DNA of 64,000 bases from Octopus vulgaris (Eukaryota): NCBI GenBank assembly GCA_951406725.2, contig OX597824.1, positions 49,414,001-49,478,000 of the forward strand, written 5' to 3'. Below are positions 41,050 through 54,596 of the stretch, one piece after another. The position numbers and the translations under genes are program-made. The first letter of the stretch is position 1. The number at the start of each line of letters is the position of its first letter. A model generated the notes under the pieces. It ran no database searches. It saw only the letters and a list, made by a program, of their open reading frames with translations, and was not told the DNA's origin.

Positions 41050-43289
41050 GATACCTTGCAGTATGAGTTTAATCCATTCCAGCTCCCCAAAGCCACCCAG
41101 AAATAATTTTTTATGGATTTTAAAACGGAGAAGGTACAGTTACAAGGAAAATGACAATTATAAAAACATAATAAAAGAGAATGCAAAAGAAATATGTAAA
41201 CTGGTTTTATTAATTGAATTACCTTAAAGATGGGACGATTTATGTGTGAGGAAGACAATGAAGCGTTGAGAAGGATTACTGTTTTCTTTTGTTTTCTCTC
41301 TCACTTCACTTAATTTAGGCTTTTTGGGACACTTTCTTCACTTTTCACACATATCTTTTCATTAGAAACATATCGAGAGAAGTCTGCTTTTTCCTGCTTT
41401 TCAAAATGTTATGAAAACGTGCCAGAGCAGTGTCATTAAATAAAGCAGTTGCATGACCTGTAGATACTTTTTCAAGATGATTTTTTTTCTACAAATTCAG
41501 AAACATACTGCCACTTTGCCAACACTGCCTTATGTCACTTGTAGAGATAGTCATCTCTGCTAAACTGTCTTCCTCTGGGGAATCAGTCTCTTCCACGGTA
41601 TCCAAATGCTGCTGCTCCTGAAGCTGCAGGAGTTCATCTGTCATCAGCTCCTTTGAGTGTTCATCAACGATATCGTTAATGTCCCTGTCATCAACCTCAA
41701 GGCCCATGGACTTGCCAAGAGACACTATCTCCTCAACTACAGGTGTCTCAGACTCAAACCCTTTGAAGTCTCTTTTGGATATGCAGTCAGGCCATAGTTT
41801 CCTCTATGCAGAATTCAGTGTTCTCCTTCTCCCACCCTTTCAGGCCATATCAATGATTTACAGGCAGTAAACAATGTTGTAATGCTCCTTCCAAAACTCA
41901 TGAAAGGTTAGATTTGCATTTTTGGTGACTTCAAAGCACCAATGAAACAAGTGTTTGGCATACAATTTCTTAAAATTAGAAATCACTTGTTGGTCCATAG
42001 GCTGCAAGATACGGGTGGTGTTGCCTGAAAGGTACAGAACTTTTATAAATTTGAATTCATCAAGGATGTCATCTTCGAGGTTAGGAGGGTAAGCAGGAGC
42101 ATTGTTGAGGATGAGGAGGGCCTTGAGAGGAAGATCGTTCTTCAGAAGGTATTTTTTCACTGCTGGCCCAAAGATAAGGTTGACCCACTCGAAGAATTGC
42201 CTGGTAATCCAAGCTTTAGCATTTGCCCTCCACAGCTTCTCCTTCAGGATTTTGTGTAACTTGAATGCTTGTGGATTTTGGGAATGGTAGACGAAGAACG
42301 GCTTAATCTCCACTCACATTGGTACAAGGGGCAAGAATTAACCTTTCATAGGCTTGTGGCCTGGTATTTTCTTATCCTCTGCAGTTATGTAGGATCTTCT
42401 TGGCATTTTTTAACAAAAAAGGCCAGTTTCATCACAGTTGAATACCTGTTGTGTGATGTGCTCCTTGGCTGTGATGAGCTGATGGAATTCATGCACGAAA
42501 TTCTCAGCTGCCTTCATGTCAGAACTCACTTCTCCATATCTGACAACGTTATGAACACCAGTCCTCTTGTTGAAATTATCAAACCAGCTGTGACTGGCCT
42601 CAAATGCATTTGCTGATGTTTCCTCCATTGATGTTCCAGGGTTCTGCTTCAGGAGATCCCCATACAGTGCTCATGTTTTCTCACAGATATCCTCTGTCAT
42701 CGTATTTCCTGTGAGTTGCTTCTTGTTGATCCATAGGAGAAGTCATTTTCCCATGTCTTTGTGGACAGATGTGTGTTGCATAGAGAGCCTGGAGACAACC
42801 TTTGGCTGTTGTAATGGCCTTGGTCTCATCCTTTTTCTTCAGGATGGTGCAGATTGTTGATGCTTCGGCTGTATTGGCATGCTATGTCCACTACATACAC
42901 TTCTCTCACATGTTTATCAATGATTTCCTTCTTCAATTTTATTGTAATCAGTTTTTTTCTTCTTGGTACTGTCCTTTGCCTTCTTAGGAGCCATGGCAAA
43001 CACAACTAATTATTATAATGGCAAAAGCACACAAAATTAAAAAAAAAAAGCACTGGGCAAAATACAACAGAGATGCTGCCACAACAAGATAAACATGTGA
43101 ACTGAGTGAGTGGAGGCCGTGCTTGTTGGGAGAGTGTGTGCAAGCTCAGCACCAACTAGTGGTCACATGTATGAAACTCACTTATACTGCAGAGTTCCAT
43201 TTGTACTTCAAGACAAAAATTCACATGAGCCTTGGCTTGTACAGCAAATTGCTTGTACTATGATGCACTCGTACTGCAAGGTTCTACTC
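41046..43289 (-). mobile_element. pogo/Tigger transposon, decayed
   Basis: FEASHSWFDNF, QQVFNCDETGLF, LLILNNAPAYP, ILQPMDQQVISNFK; imperfect TIRs (accttgcagtatgagt / actcgtactgcaaggt). Confidence 0.9.
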
Positions 43290-43420
43290 TGTGTGTGTAT
43301 GTATATATATATATATATAGATATATATAAAATCTTATTAAGAGTAAAACATTATTAAAAATAATAATTTATACAAGTGGCCAGCATGCATAGAAAATTG
43401 TCTGTAGACTGTAAATTATT

Positions 43421-43451
<31 letters not shown>

Positions 43452-44814
43452 ATAACCATAGGTAATTATACACTAAGAGGAAAACTGTCTAGAGGCTTCC
43501 TTGCTTGCTGAAAGATGTCAGATCTTCAAACCATGAAGAATATGTTCTCATACATAGTGCATTGGATGTAAGCAGGAAGGACAATATGAAAAAAATTTAA
43601 AAGACCAATTATTTCTATACTTCAAAGTTTCACCATTATAATTACCTATGGTATATATATAAAAATAATTATACACTAAGCAAAAAACACTGATTGTTTT
43701 TGTTTATAATTTCAAATATTGGAGAGCCTGAGGTAATTTCTGGCATTTATCCACAGTGATTAAAAAAAAATTAGTATGTTAAAGATAATGAATTTTAAAT
43801 AGCATACTTTTCTGTTAGAAAATGTTTTTTTCTTACACATACATGGCCTCACTTAATTAAGGTGAGGGTAAAAATTTAAATTATCATTTTTTATAGATGT
43901 TATACCCCACCAATGGAGCATGCATATAGTTCATTGGTATCATCATTAAGCAGGGGGGGGGAGTTAAAAAATCATAAATTTTCCGAACCATTTTTTCATA
44001 AAAAGGTGCTCTCCATCATTTCAAAGGCTGTGGTGAAAAACAATAGGAAAAAGCCCCATCAGAATGGAGAAATTCCAACTTATGTGGTCTTCTTGATCTG
44101 AACTACTCTCCCCACCCCCTTGGAAAATTTCCCTCTACAAATTTCTTTATAATTGTAATCTATGCCATTTGAAAAGTACTTGTATAAACTTTTATTAAAA
44201 GATACCCATTTTTCTGAAAGTTAGAAGGGAAAAAATTGGATTGTATGAATTTTCCCCAAATCCTCTCCCCACCCCTTCTGAAAAATTCTCCCCACAGATT
44301 TCTTTATAATCGTAGTCTATGCTGTTTGAAAGGTATTTCTATAAATGTCATCAACATATATCCATTTTCCTGAAAGTTATGAGGGAAAAATCGGATTGTG
44401 TGAATTTTCTGAAAGTCTTCTCCCTACCACCCCAATTTGTTTGTGCAAATTTTTGTTTTCATATTTGTTTCAACACATTTTTTTTTACATCTGTTACTCA
44501 TATTTTATTTTGTATTGGTGACCAGGAGTTAAAGTAAACATTAATCATATGTTGCACCATTGTCAATTATATGACTACAGTTACGTCTGTGTTACTAAAC
44601 ACGGCTGGCAAATAAATCTATGAATACTGTTCTTTTATCTTCAATGTGGTCTCATCCTACTTTCAAACATCTGCATATAGCAACCCCGACATGAAACATG
44701 CATCATTATTTCTACATCAAGTAACTTTTCATTTGTATGCTACAATTGGTAACCCTGAAGTAAGCACCACATCCGTCTGTACATTACATTTGGTGATTCC
44801 ATACACTCTTCTGT

Positions 44815-44855
<41 letters not shown>

Positions 44856-44919
44856 GAAATGAAGAAAATGCTGACAAAATAATTTAAGTAAGGGAGAGTG
44901 TATTTAATTAGGTGAAAGT

Positions 44920-44957
44920 TCTTTACCGGTTGCGCATTTGTTATGCTTATCAAAAGA
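44920..44957 (-). ncRNA. Minimal type I hammerhead motif, U3:A8 (GCAA instead of GAAA)
   Basis: ucuu UUGAUAA gcau-aacaa-augc GCAA ccg GUA aaga. Confidence 0.65.
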
Positions 44958-45147
44958 TATTTTTTTAAGAGAGATAGAGTTCCTTTCTGATAGATTTTTT
45001 TCTCTTGAGAAAAAAAGAAGTAAAGAACTTTCACCTAATTAAATACACTCTCCCTTACTTAAATTATTTTGTCAACATTTTCTTCATTTCCTTTTTTTGT
45101 ATATCACAACTCGTGTTCCACATCTCCTTTTTTAAATATATATATAT

Positions 45148-45490
45148 AATTGCAGCATGGAAGGTGTTTATAAGCCATTTAAGAAACACACAAAAACCGT
45201 TAGATTCACTTCAACATTTAAATTTAATTTGTCAAAATATTTTCATCGCTTTCAAACTGCAACCTGTTCATTGACAAAATTCCGTGCAGCATGGAATTTT
45301 GTCAGTGAACAGGTCGCGGTCTCAAAGCAACGGAAATATTTTGACAAATTAAATTTAAATGTTGAAGTGAATCTAATGGTTTTTGTGTGTTTCTTAAATG
45401 GCTTATAAACACCTTCCACTCTGCAATTGTTTTTGTCCCAGCACACAATCTCAGATCAGGTCACTTGCTATGCAAGTACATCTCCGTAAT
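45148..45490. repeat. Imperfect palindrome of about 280 bp (centre 45288) carrying a hammerhead-like motif; a further copy at 47220-47378
   Basis: Arms 45148-45287 and 45289-45430; the right arm extends to 45490. Confidence 0.9.
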
Positions 45491-45662
45491 ATATATATAT
45501 ATATATGGTGGGCTTCTTCACTGTTTCCATTTATCATTCACTCACAAAATATTGGTGGACCTGGAGAAATAGCACAAGCTACTTACCCAAGGTACCAGAC
45601 TATGGAACTGAACCCAAAACCATGTGGTTGCAATGCAAACTTTTTTGACCATATAACTGTAT

Positions 45663-45722
<60 letters not shown>

Positions 45723-46485
45723 AACTATATGTACATATAACTATTATAAATCCAGTAAACAATATGTATACCTGCAATATGAGTGCCTAAAGAAGTACTG
45801 GAATGTTAATTGATCTAAATTGGAGTTTTCTGTTTCACCACAAATTATTGTAAATTATCTGTCACATCACATAACCTACTCTGTGTATTTAGACTTAGTG
45901 AAGGTTTAACAACAAATCCAAGTTAATTGAGAATTTATAATTAGAAAATAGACTATAACAATATTAAGTCAGGTCTGTTTCACAGCAAGATCAAGTATAA
46001 TTGATGAATGTATAAATTCAAATATGAATACTGGCAAACAAGCCAGTATGTGAGTCTGCGAATGTATAAATATATTTACACTTATGTGTCTTTTATTTGT
46101 TTATGGCTAATTCATGGAATGTGTATCTATGCCTACACCATAGGCTATATGACTTGAATATAACATTTCAAAGGGAACCTAATGTAATTTTTTTTCATCT
46201 CATATTCTCATTAATTAGGATTTTGCAATAAGACTAAGTATATTTACATATATGCTGGCATGGTGTGTGGTAAGAAGCTTGCTTCCAAAAACCACATGGT
46301 TCCGAGTTTGGCCACACAGCATGACACCTCAAACCAAGTGATCTCTACTATAGCCTCAGGCTCACCAAAGCCTTGTGAGTGGATTTGGTAGATGGAAACT
46401 GAAAAAAGTTTGGTGCATATTTATATACATACATACATACATACATACATACATACATACATACATACATACATACATACATACA

Positions 46486-46567
<82 letters not shown>

Positions 46568-46636
46568 GGAGTAAACACATAAATGTGAAACAAGGTGGAA
46601 AAAAGAGTACTCAAATACCAGTGGTAGAGTAATATG

Positions 46637-46802
46637 CTTTATTTAAAGCAGCAGAAAATTCAACAAAATCTGTTACTCTGAGTTTCTCGTTGCCGTTCAT
46701 CAGACAGTTTTTGCTAGAATTCTAGCAAAAACTGTCTGATGAACGGCAACGAGAAACTCAGAGTAACAGATTTTGTTGAATTTTCTGCTGCTTTAAATAA
46801 AG
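46637..46802. repeat. Perfect 166-bp palindrome with one hammerhead per strand
   Basis: Centre gaa|ttc at 46719/46720. Confidence 0.95.
46732..46769 (+). ncRNA. Minimal type I hammerhead (C3:G8); mirror copy at 46670-46707 on the minus strand
   Basis: cugu CUGAUGA a-cg-gcaa-cg-a GAAA cucaga GUA acag. Confidence 0.8.
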
Positions 46803-47757
46803 TATATATATATATATCTAATAAAAACTTACTTGGAGAAATAAGAAAGTGATGCGAGGCGTTCAATCATATATACCTTCGAAACACGCATTGAGTCGAA
46901 CCAGGGGCTGCTGATGAAGGGGAATATTCCTTGTATTGTTTGTCTTGTACTCTGTTTTTTTGTTGTTAAAAAAAGTCTGCTTCCTCGTTTGTTTTCGTTT
47001 CTCATTGTGTTCTATGTTTATTTGTGGTGTCCTGTACTCATATATATATATATGCATGTATATATACAATAGATGTAGGTATGTACATATATGTACGTAT
47101 GTATGCATATGTTTTATTTGTTAAATTGTTATTTTATATATATATATATATGTGTATATATATATATATATGAATATATATGTATATGTATGTATGTATA
47201 TATATGTATATATATATATATTACGGAGATGTACTTGCATAGCGAGTGACTTGATCTGAGATCATGTGCTGGAACGAAAACAATTGCAGCATGGAAGGTG
47301 TTTATAAGCCATTTAAGAAACACACAAAACCGTTAGATTCACTTCAACATTTAATTTGTCAAAATATTTTCGTCGCTGAATCTGAGAAAGTAACAGTTAG
47401 TTCATGATATATATGTACATATGTATGTGTGTGTATATTTATGTATGTATGTATGTATGTATGTATGTATGTATGTATGTATATATGTGCGTATGTATGT
47501 ATGTATGTATGTATACATATATATACATATGTGTGTATATATATATATACAAAATAAGAAAATGGAGAAACACATCTTAATCAATGATCAACTACCAGAT
47601 AATACCCAATCACATGATTTATTAAACCACTACATATGAACATTAATGTCAAACATAATAATATAGAACAAAACAATGTACATAAAGAGTAATATGATAC
47701 AATAAGTACAGTATGCATCAGTGAATATAAAAAAATATAAATATAAATATAAACTAC

Positions 47758-47883
47758 ATCTTACAGCTGTTTTGGCCATGCAGATATGGTGTCCCATTAT
47801 GCTAATATTAGCCATGTGTGATAGGTTAATATGTAGTTATAAATGAGACACTTACAAAAATATCCCAAGGCCTCTTCAGAGAT
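47758..47883 (-). ncRNA. Type I hammerhead motif, long stem II, G12 mutated
   Basis: aucu CUGAAGA ggcc...ggcc AAAAA cagcu GUA agau. Confidence 0.65.
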
Positions 47884-48659
47884 TATGAAATACAAACTAA
47901 ATTAAATTAAATTAAATTAAATATGAATATCAGAGTAGGTACACCCATACAATAGTGGGTACATACCCATAATATATAATATACACATACATATGAGTGC
48001 ATATACCCATACTCCTATACATATATATACACATATACATAATAATATAAATCAATATACATACATATGTTCTATATTCAGTGTTACAGTAGGTCAACAC
48101 AATATTAGGATATTACAATATTACAATATAGAAAACATACACATATCCATATTCAAATGCAGATATACAAAGTCAAGAGTTCCATCATTACTATTATCAT
48201 TGCCACTATTGCTACTAATATCATTATTATTATTATTAATAACATTAATACCAGCAAAACAATATATGCATCATGCGGTTAGCAACATAATAGCAAAAAT
48301 AACAATAATACTACACTACCATGCAAAGCATTAAAGATTGGCATATACATATAAAATGAAAAATGAAAAAAACATTGGTTTACATGATATTAAATTCCAC
48401 TAATGAACAATCGTACATGTGAGTGCAACTGTGATATATGTGAAGTATTAGGTTCAGAGATAGTTAAAAATCGAACACTAAATATGATTGGCCGGCTGGT
48501 TTGTTAAGAAATATTAACAACGTACACATGCATATGTGCGCCTACACATATATACAAGGATAAATCACAATACAGGAGATACTAGCTTACATACACACAT
48601 ATAAATTAACATACATATCTACTCACATATATCGATAAAAATACATACATGCAATCATA

Positions 48660-49915
48660 CGAGGGACGTTCAATAAGTAATGCTCCTGACCCACTTGCAG
48701 TTGTTTGATCTAGCTGAAATTTTGCATGTGCAATTATGTATATCTCTATAGATTAAGTGGCAAATTACAGCTCTGAGCTAATTGTGGTTTCTGATTTACA
48801 GGTGTTTGAACTGAGTCAAGTGTGAAATGGAGCCTGTTGAGTGTCGAGCAGTGATCCGGTTTTTGCATTTGAAAGGACGCACACCACAGGAGACTTTTGA
48901 TGAAATGAAAGTAACTTATGGTGATAATGCCCCATCATATGACCTTGTAAAACGCTGGCATTGTGAATTCAAACATGGTCAGAACTCTGTGGAAACAGCT
49001 CCCAGATCTGGTCGCCCCCCCCTCCTGCCATTGATGAGGTATCTGTCCGTCAAGTTGAGGATGCCATTTTGGAAGATCGATGCATAACTATTCGCCAAAT
49101 AGCCCATTCATGACCATTTGCATATGCAAAAGGTGTCTGCCAGATGGATTCCCAGGTTGCTCACACCTTTCCAGAAGCAAGAACGCGTCGAGTGCTCAAG
49201 GATGAATTTGGAGATGTGCCAAGAAGATGAGTCAAAATTTTTCAAAAGACTGATTACACAGGATGAAACCTGGGTCCATCACTATGATCCAGAGACCAAA
49301 GCCCAGTCAATGCAGTGGAAGCACCGTGACTCACCTCCTCCAAAGAAGGCAAGGGTGTAGCCCTCCGCTGGCAAGGTCATGCTCACAGTCTTCTGGGACC
49401 AGGACGGAGTAGTGATGACAGATTTCCTCGCAAAGAGTACCACAATTACAGGAGCCTATTATGCTTCACTTTTGAGGAAATTAAGAGAAGCTATCAAAAT
49501 CAAGAGGCGGGGCAAGATCAGCAAAGGCATCCTCTTCCTGCAGGACAACGCTCCGGTCTACAACTCGCGTGTCTCCAGATCAGAAGCACAGGCGTGCGGC
49601 TATGAACCCCTCCCCCATCCCCCTACTCTCCTGACCTTGCACCCTCTGATTTTCACCTCTTCCCAGCCATGAAGTTGTTTTTGAAAGGAAAGCATTTCCC
49701 AGATGATGCAGCCTTGATTTATGAAGTCACGTCATGGTTGGAGGGCCAAGCTGGGGTCTTCTACAAAAACAGTCTCTAGAGCTGCATCAAATGATGGGAG
49801 AAATGCGTAACTCTGGGTGGTTCCTATGTAGTAAAAGACTAATAACTGTGCCAAGTTTCGTTGCTCTACTGCTATGGGAAGTGGGTCAGGGGCATTACTT
49901 ATTGAATGCCCCTCG
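48660..49915 (+). mobile_element. Near-full-length mariner with TIRs and TA target duplication; transposase disrupted
   Basis: TIRs cgagggacgttcaataagtaatgctcctgacccactt / aagtgggtcaggggcattacttattgaatgcccctcg; WIPRLL, ITQDETW, LQDNAP. Confidence 0.95.
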
Positions 49916-50724
49916 TATATGTATGTATGTAGGTATATATGTATATATAGTACCCTCTGTTACTTTTATGACCTCTATTCTGACCAAGGCCTTGTGAGTA
50001 GATATGGTACACAGAAACTAAAAGAAGCCTGTTGTATATATGTATATGTGTCTCTGTGTGTCTGTGTTTTCCCACCACCACTATTTGGTGTGTCTACATA
50101 GCCATAACTTGGCTGTTTGGCAAAAGAGTGCAACAGAATAAGTACCAGGCAGAAAAAAAGATGAGACCTAAGGTCAATTCATTTGACTAAAAATACTTCA
50201 AGGCAGTGCCCCAGCATGGCCGTTTGATGACTAAAACAAATAAAAAATATAAGATATATATATATATATGTGTGTATATATATAAATTTTTATTGAACTG
50301 TATTACATGCATTTGTCCATATTTTACTGTCTCACTTGTATGTTGTTATCCTCTACATTCTGAGCCCTTTTATTTACAACAGCCATAGAAACCCTGTCAC
50401 AAACAGGCAATTGGAGTGTAGCTAGCTCTTTTCAAACCATCTAATCTATGCCAGCATAGAAAATGGACACTAAAGAATGATGATGATGATTTATGACTCA
50501 GTGATATGAACTGCCAGTGGCAAGGCCAGAGGAGTGGTTTTTGGAAAAATGCCAGAACTGTGCTGATTCTAGTCTCCATGGCTAACAAGAGGCATTCCAT
50601 GTTCAATACAGTTTTCACTAATGTCTGTCTAGGAGTACATTGGTGTAATGATAGTACACTTGTCGTGAAAACATAGAGGTGTAGTTCCAAGTCCCATGCG
50701 TACAGGCAACCCTATTTTTATAGA

Positions 50725-51068
50725 TGCAGGCATGGATGTGTGGTAAGAAGCTTGCTCCCAACCACTGTGTGGCACCTTGGGCAAGTGTCTTCTATTATAT
50801 TCTCAGTTTGACCAAAGCCTTGTGAGTGGATTTGGTAGACAGAAACTGAAAGAAGCCCATCATATATATGTACATATCTATGTGTATGTGCCTTTGTATC
50901 TGTGTCTGTCTGACAACTAATGTTGGTGTGTTTACATCCCCATAACTTAGTTCGGAAAAAGAGACTGATAGAATAAGTACTAGGCTTTTTAAAAAAAAAA
51001 GTCCTTCAAGGTGGTGCTCCAGCATGAGTGCAGTCAAATGACTGACACAAGTAAAACAGTAAAAGAAT
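50725..51068 (+). mobile_element. SINE family A, internally deleted; partial copies also at 46255-46410, 49975-50245 and 60585-60705
   Basis: Matches the family A sequence. Confidence 0.8.
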
Positions 51069-51681
51069 AATCTATCTGGATGTCAAACAAACTTCAAGTG
51101 AACTGATCAAGTCACCAACAATGAGGTCTTGGCTAAGTACTCAGATACTCAGCCTCCTTATTCTACTGCAACAACACCACCATTGTGGGCTGAGCCATAT
51201 ATGCCGTGTGTGAGAAGGAAAGATCCCCCAATGACCTGCCGTTCAGTGAGGTGATCTGATACAAAAACACAATGGTATCCCCAACTTCATTTCCAAGAGG
51301 TCTGCTTAAAGACATAAAATCTCTATACGTGAACATTGAAAAGTTGGAGGACATTGCTGATAATGACTTCCACAAGAAACTGGAACTAAACAAAGATTTC
51401 AAAATGATGAGGGAAGAAGCTGAGGTTTGTTGATGAAGAGAAACAAATTGATGGTAAAACAGTACCAAGACAAGACTAGCAGACAGCACTTTTGAGCACA
51501 GTCACTACAGCCAAAATTGTCACTCTCATGTAGGTCCTTATAGTCATAGTAGTCACTGCGCGGCCAAGACCAAAACGAGACTTGCCAGTTGCAGTTCCAT
51601 AATCTCATGTAACTAATGGATACCTTCAATATGATATATATACCCCACTATACAGTTCTGATATTTGTACACAGACATATA

Positions 51682-52822
51682 TTGAGTCATCCCACAAATG
51701 ATGGGTTTTTTTAATTACATGAAGTAGAAGCTGGAGAAAGATGGGATAAACTATCTGCATCAACTTGCTATAAAAGCAGGTAGTAATTTTACCTTCTACT
51801 TATTCTTGGTGCAAGTTTTCCTGAAGAGTACAGTTCAATTTTAACAGTTATTTTTTCAAAGCTATAATGGAAGTGACAAAGGAGCGGATTTTGCTTTATG
51901 AATTCAATAAAGGCAATAATGCAACAGAAAGTTCGGGGAATATTAATGCAGTATATGAGGATCAGACAATAAGTGTAAGCCAGTGTCAGCGGTGCTTCCA
52001 GAAATTCCGAGCTGGAAACTACAGCCTAGAAGACAAGCCTCATCCTGGAAGATCTGTAGAGCTCGATGAAGATGTCCTGCAATCTCTGATGGAACGAAAT
52101 CCCATCGTAAATGTTAAGGAACTAGCAGAGAAGCTTGAATTTGGTCATTCAACCATTCATCAACACCTATGTGCCACCAAAAAAGTCAGAAAATTGGGTC
52201 AGTGGGTTACTCACAAACTTTCTGAGTCTAATCGCATGTAGATAGTGAATGTGGGCTCTTCTTTGCAGCCACATTTCACAAATAAACCTTTTTCTGTACC
52301 AAATAGTGACTGGTGACAAGAAATGGGTTCTCTATAAAAATGTCAAGCACTGAAGACAGTGAGAAGAGAAAGGATAAACACTGGCACCCCAAGGTAAAGA
52401 AGGTGTTGTTATCTGTTTTGTGGGATATGAAAGGTTTAGTTGACTTTGAACTTTTAAACCCAAACCAAATGATAGAAAAGGAGATCTACTGTGAGCAGCT
52501 TGAACGGCTTAAGTTGGAACTAGAATGCAAATAACCATCTTTGGTTGCAAGATGAAAGGTGCTCTTCCATCATGTTAATGTTCAGCCACATACAGTGAGG
52601 ATGATATTCCAAAGGCTGGAGCAGTTTGAATAGGAAACGATGCCCCACCCACCATATCGCCGGACATTGCCCCATCTAATTATAATTTATTCCGCACTCT
52701 TAGAAATCATTTGGATGGGAAAAAATAACAGTATATTTTAGATTAAAAAAGAATTTTTTTATCTTAATTTTGAAAAATAAAAAAAAGTATAAAAGGACTG
52801 TGTTATTTATGGGATGACCCAA
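51682..52822 (+). mobile_element. Mariner (SETMAR/Mos1-like) with TIRs, disrupted
   Basis: ta|ttgagtcatccca...tgggatgacccaa|ta; LLYEFNKG, LGQWVTHKLSE, VTGDKKW, KKVLLSVLWD. Confidence 0.93.
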
Positions 52823-53414
52823 TACATACATGACATACATGTGAAAGCATGCACACACTCATTAAAAGTAAAAAAAATTGGCACTCCTTCAGTTACAATG
52901 ACAAGGGTCCCAGTTAGCCCAATCAACAGAACAGCCTGCTCATGAAATTAAAATGCAAGTGGCTGAGCACTCTACAGACATGTGTACCCTTAACATAGTT
53001 CACAAGGAGATTCAGTGTCACACAAGATGTAACAAGGCCGGCTCTTTGAAAGACAAGTACTGTTTGTTTTTGCCAGCTGAGTGGACTGGAGCAGTGTGAA
53101 GTAAAGTGCCTTGCTCAAGGACACAAAGCACTTCTGAGTATTGAACTCATGACCTTAATGATTGTGATCCAAATACCCTAACCACTAAGCCGCACACCTT
53201 CTCACACACTCTGTGTTTCAGTAAGGCATAATCAAGTCACATAAAAATGAACAAAAAAATCAACATACCAGACGAACACCAAATGTATCCAACATAGGAC
53301 ATAGAGTTGTTCACTCCTATATATCTGTGTAAGAGGCGGGATTTTCGAATTGCATCTCAGTACATGTGTTTATTCAGAATAAAATTCAGCACTCAATATA
53401 TTCCGGTTAAATTT

Positions 53415-53950
53415 TAAATTTAAAAATAGGATAAAATCTTTATAAGAATTTATCAAGTAGTCAGCATGGAAAACCTCATAAGGGAAAAAATTTCTTAATT
53501 ATTCCCTTTAAATATATTTATTTATATTAAGGGCATTACTATACATAAATGACTCATGCTATGAGAGACTCTTAAAGTCAAAACTACTATATATAGGGTA
53601 CTGAATGCGAGGGAATATAACTCTCATTTTATGTGTCTTGATTATGCCTGCACTGACGATTAAAAAGTGCATCTTGTGCACTAATTATGAAATTATATGA
53701 TCTGCGGCTGAATCTGTTTTATAAGGAGCTTGCTTCAAGAGTTGAATTCCCTGACATTCGGTACACTGTATTTATTATGGTAGTTTTGACTTTAAGAGTC
53801 CCTCATAGCATGAGGCATTTATGTATAGTAATGCCCTTAATATAAATAAATATATTTAAAGGGAATAATGAAGAAATTTTTTCCCTTATGAACTTTTTCA
53901 CGCTGACTACTTGATAAATTCTTATAAAGATTTTATCCTATTTTAAAATT
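53415..53950. repeat. Inverted repeat with arms of about 170 bp enclosing a hammerhead
   Basis: Arms about 53415-53588 and 53780-53950. Confidence 0.9.
53646..53708 (+). ncRNA. Type I hammerhead motif (C3:G8)
   Basis: gccugca CUGACGA ...agugca-ucuug-ugcacu... GAAA uuauaug AUC ugcggc. Confidence 0.65.
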
Positions 53951-53984
53951 TTATATATATATGCATATGTATATATATATATAC

Positions 53985-54397
53985 TCTTTACTCTTTTATT
54001 CTTTTACTTGTTTCAGTCATTTGACTGCGGCCATGCTGGAGCACCACCTTTAGTTGAGCAAATCGACCCCGGGACTTATTCTTTGTAAGCCCAGTACTTA
54101 CTCTATCGGTCTCTTTTGCCGAACCGCTAAGTGACGGGGACGTCCACACACCAGCATCGGTTGTCAAGCAATACTAGAGGGACAAACACAGACACGCAAA
54201 CACATACACACGCATATATATATATATACATATATACGACAGGCTTCTTTCAGTTTCCATCTACCAAATCCACTCACAAGGCTTTGGTCGGCCCGAGGCT
54301 ACAGTAGAAGACACTTGGCCAAGATGCCATGCAGTGGGACTGAACCCGGAACCATGTGGTTGGTAAACAAGCTACTTACCACTTAGCCACTCCTGCG

Positions 54398-54400
<3 letters not shown>
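53985..54400 (-). mobile_element. tRNA-derived SINE, family A, full length
   Basis: Head aggcgcaggagtggct; tail with aaaaga repeats. Confidence 0.92.
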
Positions 54401-54462
<62 letters not shown>

Positions 54463-54502
54463 GTATATATATATATATTTATATATATATATTCATATAT
54501 AC

Positions 54503-54543
<41 letters not shown>

Positions 54544-54557
54544 TCATATATATATAA

Positions 54558-54596
<39 letters not shown>

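Noticed and set aside
43453-43655. 16-bp inverted termini with gaaagatgtc inside
   Set aside because: No convincing core; possibly a decayed member of the same class
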